Under the pieces are notes generated by a model, which saw only the letters and a list, made by a program, of their open reading frames with translations, was not told the origin of the DNA and did no database searches. From NCBI GenBank assembly GCA_964016885.1, contig OZ024742.1, positions 101,432,001 to 101,496,000 of the forward strand: a stretch of 64,000 nt of DNA, written 5' to 3'. Numbering within the stretch: position 1 is the stretch's first letter; every line of letters starts with the position of its first letter. Both the position numbers and the translations under genes were made by a program. The stretch comes from Eledone cirrhosa (taxonomy: Eukaryota). Positions 58,018 through 64,000 of the stretch are shown here, one piece after another.

Positions 58018-61000
58018 TATTGGTTCCCAACCATTTTTTAAAATATGGACACCTTTGATTTCTATTTTACTCTGGAGGACCCCCCACTGCCATGTAATGT
58101 TTTAAAAAATCATATTTGGAGTATGCAATGAGCCATAAAATTGTAAAGTCAAAGTACCTGTAGCGACCCCTAGGGCTGGAACTCAGAACTTATAAGAGTT
58201 GCGTCCCTTTGTGATGGTCATGACCCCATGGGGACTATATATTTGAGAGCGTGAGACCATACTCTCTCTCACTTTTCACTCGCCGCAGCTGAAGAGATGA
58301 CTTCTGCCTTCTCTCTCTCTCTTTACACGCTCCAGTCTTGAAGTCGAGATGCAACTCACCAACAGCCTAAGAGCCTACAGCCTACTCACTACTCATGGTA
58401 AAATATATGTATTGTTCCATTATTGACTTCTATGAAGTAAAACTTTGTATAAACACGTACAACCATTCTTATTCTTTCTAAAAATATTACAAGTAATATG
58501 TTTATTAATACCAACCTTCTAAGGTGGTGACTCCGAAAAAAAAAAGAATAAGAATGGTTGTACGTGTTTATACAAAATTTTACTTCATAGAAGTCAATAA
58601 TGGAACAATACATATATTTTACCATGAGTAGTGAGTAGGCTGTAGGCTCTTAGGCTGTTGGTGAGTTGCATCTCGACTCCAAGACTGGAGCGTGTAAAGA
58701 AGAGAGAGAGAGAAGGCAGAAGTCATCTCTTCAGCTGCGGCGAGTGGAAAGTGAGCTTCTGGCGACTGGAGACCCACTGGGGATTATAGGAGGTTAAACG
58801 CTATGACCGTCCCGGATAGATATCCGATCCCCCATCTCCAGGATTTTGCATCTTCATTGCAGGGTTGTAAGATTTTCTCCAAACTCGATTTAGTGCGAGC
58901 TTACCACCAAATTCCGGTCAGGAAGGAAGATATTCCGAAAACAGCAATTACAACTCATTTTGGATCCTTCGAATTTTTTACCATGGCCTTTCGGACTCAG
59001 GAATGCCGCTAGCACTTTTCAGCGGTTCGTAGACGAGGTCACTGTGTTTTGGACTTCGTTTATGCTTACATAGACAATCTTCTCATCGCTAGTTCCTCTC
59101 CAGAAGAGCATATGCGTCACCTGGACCTTTTATTTAGCCGACTCCAGGATTACCGCGTTCGAGTGAATCCCACAAAGTGTGTTTTTGGTTTCGCTTCACT
59201 GAATTTTTTAGGTCACATCATCGACGCAGAGGGTATTCGACCCCTTCCTCAACGAGTTAAAGCTATACAGGATCTACCTCCGCCTACTACACTTCACCAG
59301 TTACGTCACTTCTTAGGCCTTATCAATTTTTATAGACGTTTCGTTCCTCATTGTGCAAAATTACTATCTTCCCTTACCGAGATTTTGAAAAATCGTTGTA
59401 AGAAGAATGAGGATATTTCCTTGACACAAGGACAGCTCAAAGATTTCCAGACTGCCAAGACAACACTTGCTAGTTCATCTTTGCTAGCCCACCCGGTACC
59501 AGAGGCCAAGCTTTCGCTTTGTGTTGATGCATCTGATACCGCTGTGGGAGCAGTTTTACAACAGTATAACACTGGAAACCAACAACCTTTGGCATTTTTC
59601 TCCAGGAAGCTGAAACCAGCAGAAATGCGTTACAGCACATTCGGTCGGGAGTTATTAGCCATATATCTGTCGTTGAAACATTTTTCTCATATTCTCGAGG
59701 GAGGAACTTTTACAGTTTTCACTGACCACAAACCTCTGACCTTCGCTTTGCGGGTTAAAGCTGACAAATATTCACCCAGAGAGACAAGGCACCTTGATTA
59801 CATTTCGCAGTTTACTAATGATATACAGCACATTGCTGGCTCACTTAACACAGCTGCAGACGCATTGTCACGTTTACCAATCAGCTCGATTTCGTCATCC
59901 CAGGAGATCAATTTAAGTCGTTTAGCAGCAGACCAACCTGCACTCGAATCGTTGGACACTGCATCACCCGAGTTTGCGACTTGCAACTTGAAATATCTGC
60001 CCTTGTCGACCACCGACAGGCAGATCCTATGCGACGTATCGACGGATTCATCCCTCCTGAGACTCACCGTCAAATTGTGTCCCTTGCTTTGCACAGCATT
60101 TCTCACACAGGAATTTCAGCCACAGTAAAGCTCATAATGGCTAGATTTTTTGGCCCAATATGAGGTGAGAAATTACTGTCTGGTGCCGTTCCTGCACACA
60201 GTGTCAAAAGTCTAAAGTCCACAGACACATCTGGACTCCACTTGGTACTTTCAGTACTCCAGATGCTCGTTTTCAACACATCCGCATCGATATCGTTGGA
60301 CCTTGGCCATTCAGTAGTGGATATTCTTACCTTTTGACCTGCATTGATCGTTTTTCACGATGGCCTGAAGCCATCCCCTTAAAGGACATTACCGCTGAGA
60401 CTATAGCGCATGCCCTGGTATCAGGGTGGATTACCCGCTTTGGCGTACCAACAGCAATCACCACAGACTGTGGTAGATAATTTGAATCTCATCTCTTCTC
60501 AGAGCTGACAAAAATCATTGGTGCTCAATGAATCCGGACAGCAGCTTATCATCCTGCTTCGAACGGAATGGTGGAACGTTTCCACCGCCAATTAAAGGCC
60601 ACTCTTCACGCCTATCCAGACTCTCTATGTTGGAACGAGTACCTTGCTATTGTGTTATTAGGAATTCGGTCATCAATAAAGGAGGACCTTCGGTTCTCCC
60701 CAGCCGAATTATTGTATGGTGCTCCTCTAGCGTTGCCTGGTCAACTGCTTGCCCCTGTTGATCTTGCTTTTCAGGATCCTCTTTCATATATATCTCGTAT
60801 GCGCTCATTTTCAGGATTTACTGCCAATGGATACTAGGAAACAAACAATTAAAACTGCAGTCCCGAGGGATATTGCCTCGTGGACACATGTCTTCGTCAG
60901 AAACAATGCGGTTACTCCACCCCTCACACAGCCATACTCTGGACCCTACCGTGTGTTAACACGCACTGACAAACATTTCACAGTAGGCATTAAGGGGTTC

Positions 61001-62402
61001 AGAGAGACAGTTTCGGTGGATAGATTAAAAAGGGCATTCACTGACGCTCATACACCCGAGCCACAAATACCCCAATCTTTCTCTCTTGTGCATACACCTG
61101 CTCCTTCTGCCCCACCCTCACCTACATACAAGACCACGACCCGTTCCGGTCGAAGAGTCCGCTGGCCCAAAAAACTTTGCCAAACTTTTTTGTATGAACT
61201 GGCTACTGGAGCCTTTTTGTTTTCTTTTTTTATTGAACTATGTATGCATGTACCTTTTGATTTTTTGTTACTGTTTCATGCCTGTGGGTTCGCTACAATT
61301 ACCTTCGGGCTTTTCGTCTATTGTCTGGAGAAGGGTACTGTAGCGACCCCTAGGGCTGGAACTCAGAACTTATAAGAGTTGCGTCCCTTTGTGACGGTCG
61401 TGACCCCTAGTGTCACATTCACGAACTAAACGGAGTTACATCCCCATGGGGCTATATATTTGAGAGCGTGAGACCATACTCTCTCTCACTTTCCACTCGC
61501 CGCAGCTGAAGAGATGACAAGTAATGTTTACTAATACCAACCTTCTAAATACCAATTATGGAAAATATGAAGAATGTATTTTTAAAAAAACACCACACAC
61601 ACCCCATGGCCCTACCCCCACCCCACAGACATTCCTAGCCAATGCCCCCTATGAAGGGGCATCCAGCCGTGGAGGGCTTACTAAGCAAAGGGTTGTGTAG
61701 ATTTTTCAGTCATTTCAAAGACATGACAATCTATTGTTTACACTCAGTACATGTAAAATGGTTAGTGTTAGGAAGGGTATCCAACCATAGAAAGCTTGCC
61801 TAACAAAGGGTCGGGAGGACTCTTCAGTTGTGTCAAATACATGACAACCTCTCCTGTGTACTCAGTAGAATGTGAGACCATATATAAGCAAGATAACAGA
61901 CTCCTAGCCTGTCTGGGAGATCAGTAGCCCCACTTCAGTACTGACTTGGTTAATGTAGACCCATCCAACCCTTGCTAACTGGGAAAGAAGACGTTAAATG
62001 ATGATGATATATACATATATATATGTATATATGCGTGTGTGCATAACAGAAAAGTGCCTTATGAAATAAAACATATCAAACTGTAGTTGCTTACAATTCT
62101 AGTAAATATATATATATATATGGGTGTGTCTATAAATTTATTTACATTTCATCAGCACTTCTAGTTTTATTTCTTGCTGTCATTACTGTTATTACTGATG
62201 CTCATTTTCTTTTTAAACACTATCATTTCATTTGGTTTCTAGGGAATTTTTTTTACTAACTTCTTTGGTTAACATTTTAAAAAAAATCTATTTTCTTGTA
62301 ATAAACACTGTCTCAAGTAAAATTGTTCATGGACCCCTAAAATACTACTGTGGACATCCAATTTACTATTTTGCTTGTGTGGGCCCCAGTTGAGAACCAC
62401 TG
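58018..62402. mobile_element. hAT MITE shell hosting nested insertions
   Basis: TATTGGTTCCCAACC / AGTTGAGAACCACTG with perfect 8-bp TSD ctctaaaa (58010-58017, 62403-62410). Confidence 0.75.
58159..61549 (+). mobile_element. Ty3/gypsy LTR retrotransposon, gag/PR deleted, pol frameshifted
   Basis: LTRs 58159-~58522 and 61339-61549; PBS TGGTGACTCCG; PPT; TSD tacc; RT DYRRLN..DRYPIP..YIDN, RNaseH DAS/ELLA/TDHKPL, integrase DIVGP/NGMVER, GPY motif. Confidence 0.93.
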
Positions 62403-63764
62403 CTCTAAAAAGTAATATTTTCATTTATTTTTTACTATGTTTTGTGCTGAACAAATAGTGCATGTTGTTAGCACTGCTGAGTCAAGATAAACTTTTGAAA
62501 AATGTCCATAGTGTGTTTTTACTTAAATGTCTAACATCAAAGTAACAGACACTGAAACTATTTCTAGTCAGGTGGGCCTGGATGAAGTGGATATGCAGTT
62601 AGTATAGATTAGTAATAGTGAACGAATCTTTGCCAGTTTGTATGGCCTCCTAGGTTTTGGATGTAACATTTTTGTCCTAGATATAGGAGCATTACACTAA
62701 CATATAGTGATAACAGAATAATGAGAAAAAGGTGCAAATTTTGATACAAGTATCAAATTTGATGTGAAAACTAATAAAAAATCAAAATCAACATCTGGTG
62801 ACCTTCATCATCATCATGGCTTACTCTTTTTTCTGTTCCATGCTGGGACACCACTATATTTTTCAAAATGGCTGTTGTTCATAATAAGCTATTGTTATTT
62901 GAAACATATATGCCAGTCTCCAAGATGGTGGACACTTTTCCAATATGGCAGCAAAGTTGTTCTATATTTAAATATTTACATTCATCATCATCATCATCAT
63001 CATCATTTTACATCTGCTTTTCAATGCTTTCATGAGTTGGATGAATCTTTTCCAGCTCAGCTTCCTTCCACTTATATCATCTCTGTGAGGTTCAGCATTT
63101 TGAAATTAGCTCTAACCACTTCTGCCCAAGTTTTTCTCGGTCTTCCTCTACTGGTATGTCTTCTCCCAGCATTCATCATCTATATACATCACAATTAATT
63201 AAATCTAGATTTTGTCAATATGGCCACAACATTGATGCTATATTTTTCAAAATGGCTTCCAAAGCTACAAATGATATTTCTTGTTCACAATAAGCTATTG
63301 TCACTTGAAACACATTTATTCGGACTAATTTAAATATGTAGAACTATCTTTTAGCACTTAAATTATGATTAAATCAACTGAGGTTTTTCCCAGTCAAAAA
63401 AATTCTAATGTTCATTTTACTCAAATGGGACAATAGCTTAGTAAATATATGTACAGACCCATAACTTCTAATGGAGCCATAGGGGCACTGTAACAGCTTA
63501 CGACAAGCCTTGGGGATTTAAAACCTGGTGGGGTCCATCCCTTTCAAGGTTTGAACACAGATATTTCCAGAGCAGAAAAGAGAGTAATAGAGAGGAAGTG
63601 AGAAAGAGATATAGAGGAAGAATCAACCCAATACTAGACAGGTACTTTTTTTAAGCTCGAAAGGATGAAAGGCAAAATTGACCTCAGTGAGATTTGAAGT
63701 CAGAGCACAGAATGGTTTCAATTGCAGATGGTTTGGTCAAAAGCATTCACGCTGTAATATGATA

Positions 63765-63957
63765 GTACTGGTGCCACAATAAAATGTACCCAGTACATTC
63801 TGTAATGTGGTTAGCATTAAGAAGGCATCCAAACCGAGAAACCACACCAAACTAGAATATATAAGCAGGATGTTGTCATCTGATCTGTCAAATTTCAGAA
63901 CGTGACAACCTGTCTAACCCGTAGCAGCATGGAAAACGGATGTAAAATGATGATGAT
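63765..63957 (+). mobile_element. SINE-C-type 3' portion (single 48-bp-like unit plus (GAT)n tail)
   Basis: GGTGCCACAATAAAATGTACCCAGTACATTCTGTAATGTGGTTAGCATTAAGAAGGCATCC..GGATGTAAAATGATGATG. Confidence 0.65.
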
Positions 63958-64000
63958 ATACGCATGATTATGAATATAAAACAGTAACAAACCGTTAAAA

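Overview
This is AT-rich, microsatellite-dense eukaryotic DNA. The SINE families suggest an octopod cephalopod (inference). Most of the window is nested mobile elements: R4/Dong, Tx1, CR1-group, RTE and CRE LINE pieces, tRNA-derived SINEs, Helitrons, hAT/pogo/mariner/piggyBac-type MITEs, a rearranged Ty3/gypsy element, solo LTRs and a non-autonomous LTR element. One host gene is supported: a two-coding-exon, type II Golgi carbohydrate sulfotransferase (49179-49266 + 52826-53850, about 370 aa). A ~45-copy 48-bp array has grown inside a SINE (54881-57066). The (TA)n tracts hold many short non-coding Penelope-like elements with minimal hammerhead ribozyme motifs and fold-back inversions. The most notable signal is a 70-nt motif present twice on the minus strand (11031-11100 and 27783-27852). 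It carries all hammerhead core segments in a non-circularly permuted order (UH, then GAAA, then CUGAUGA) within a multi-pseudoknot. Between the two copies, five base pairs change compensatorily and none is broken. All calls come from reading by eye; no searches or folding programs were run.
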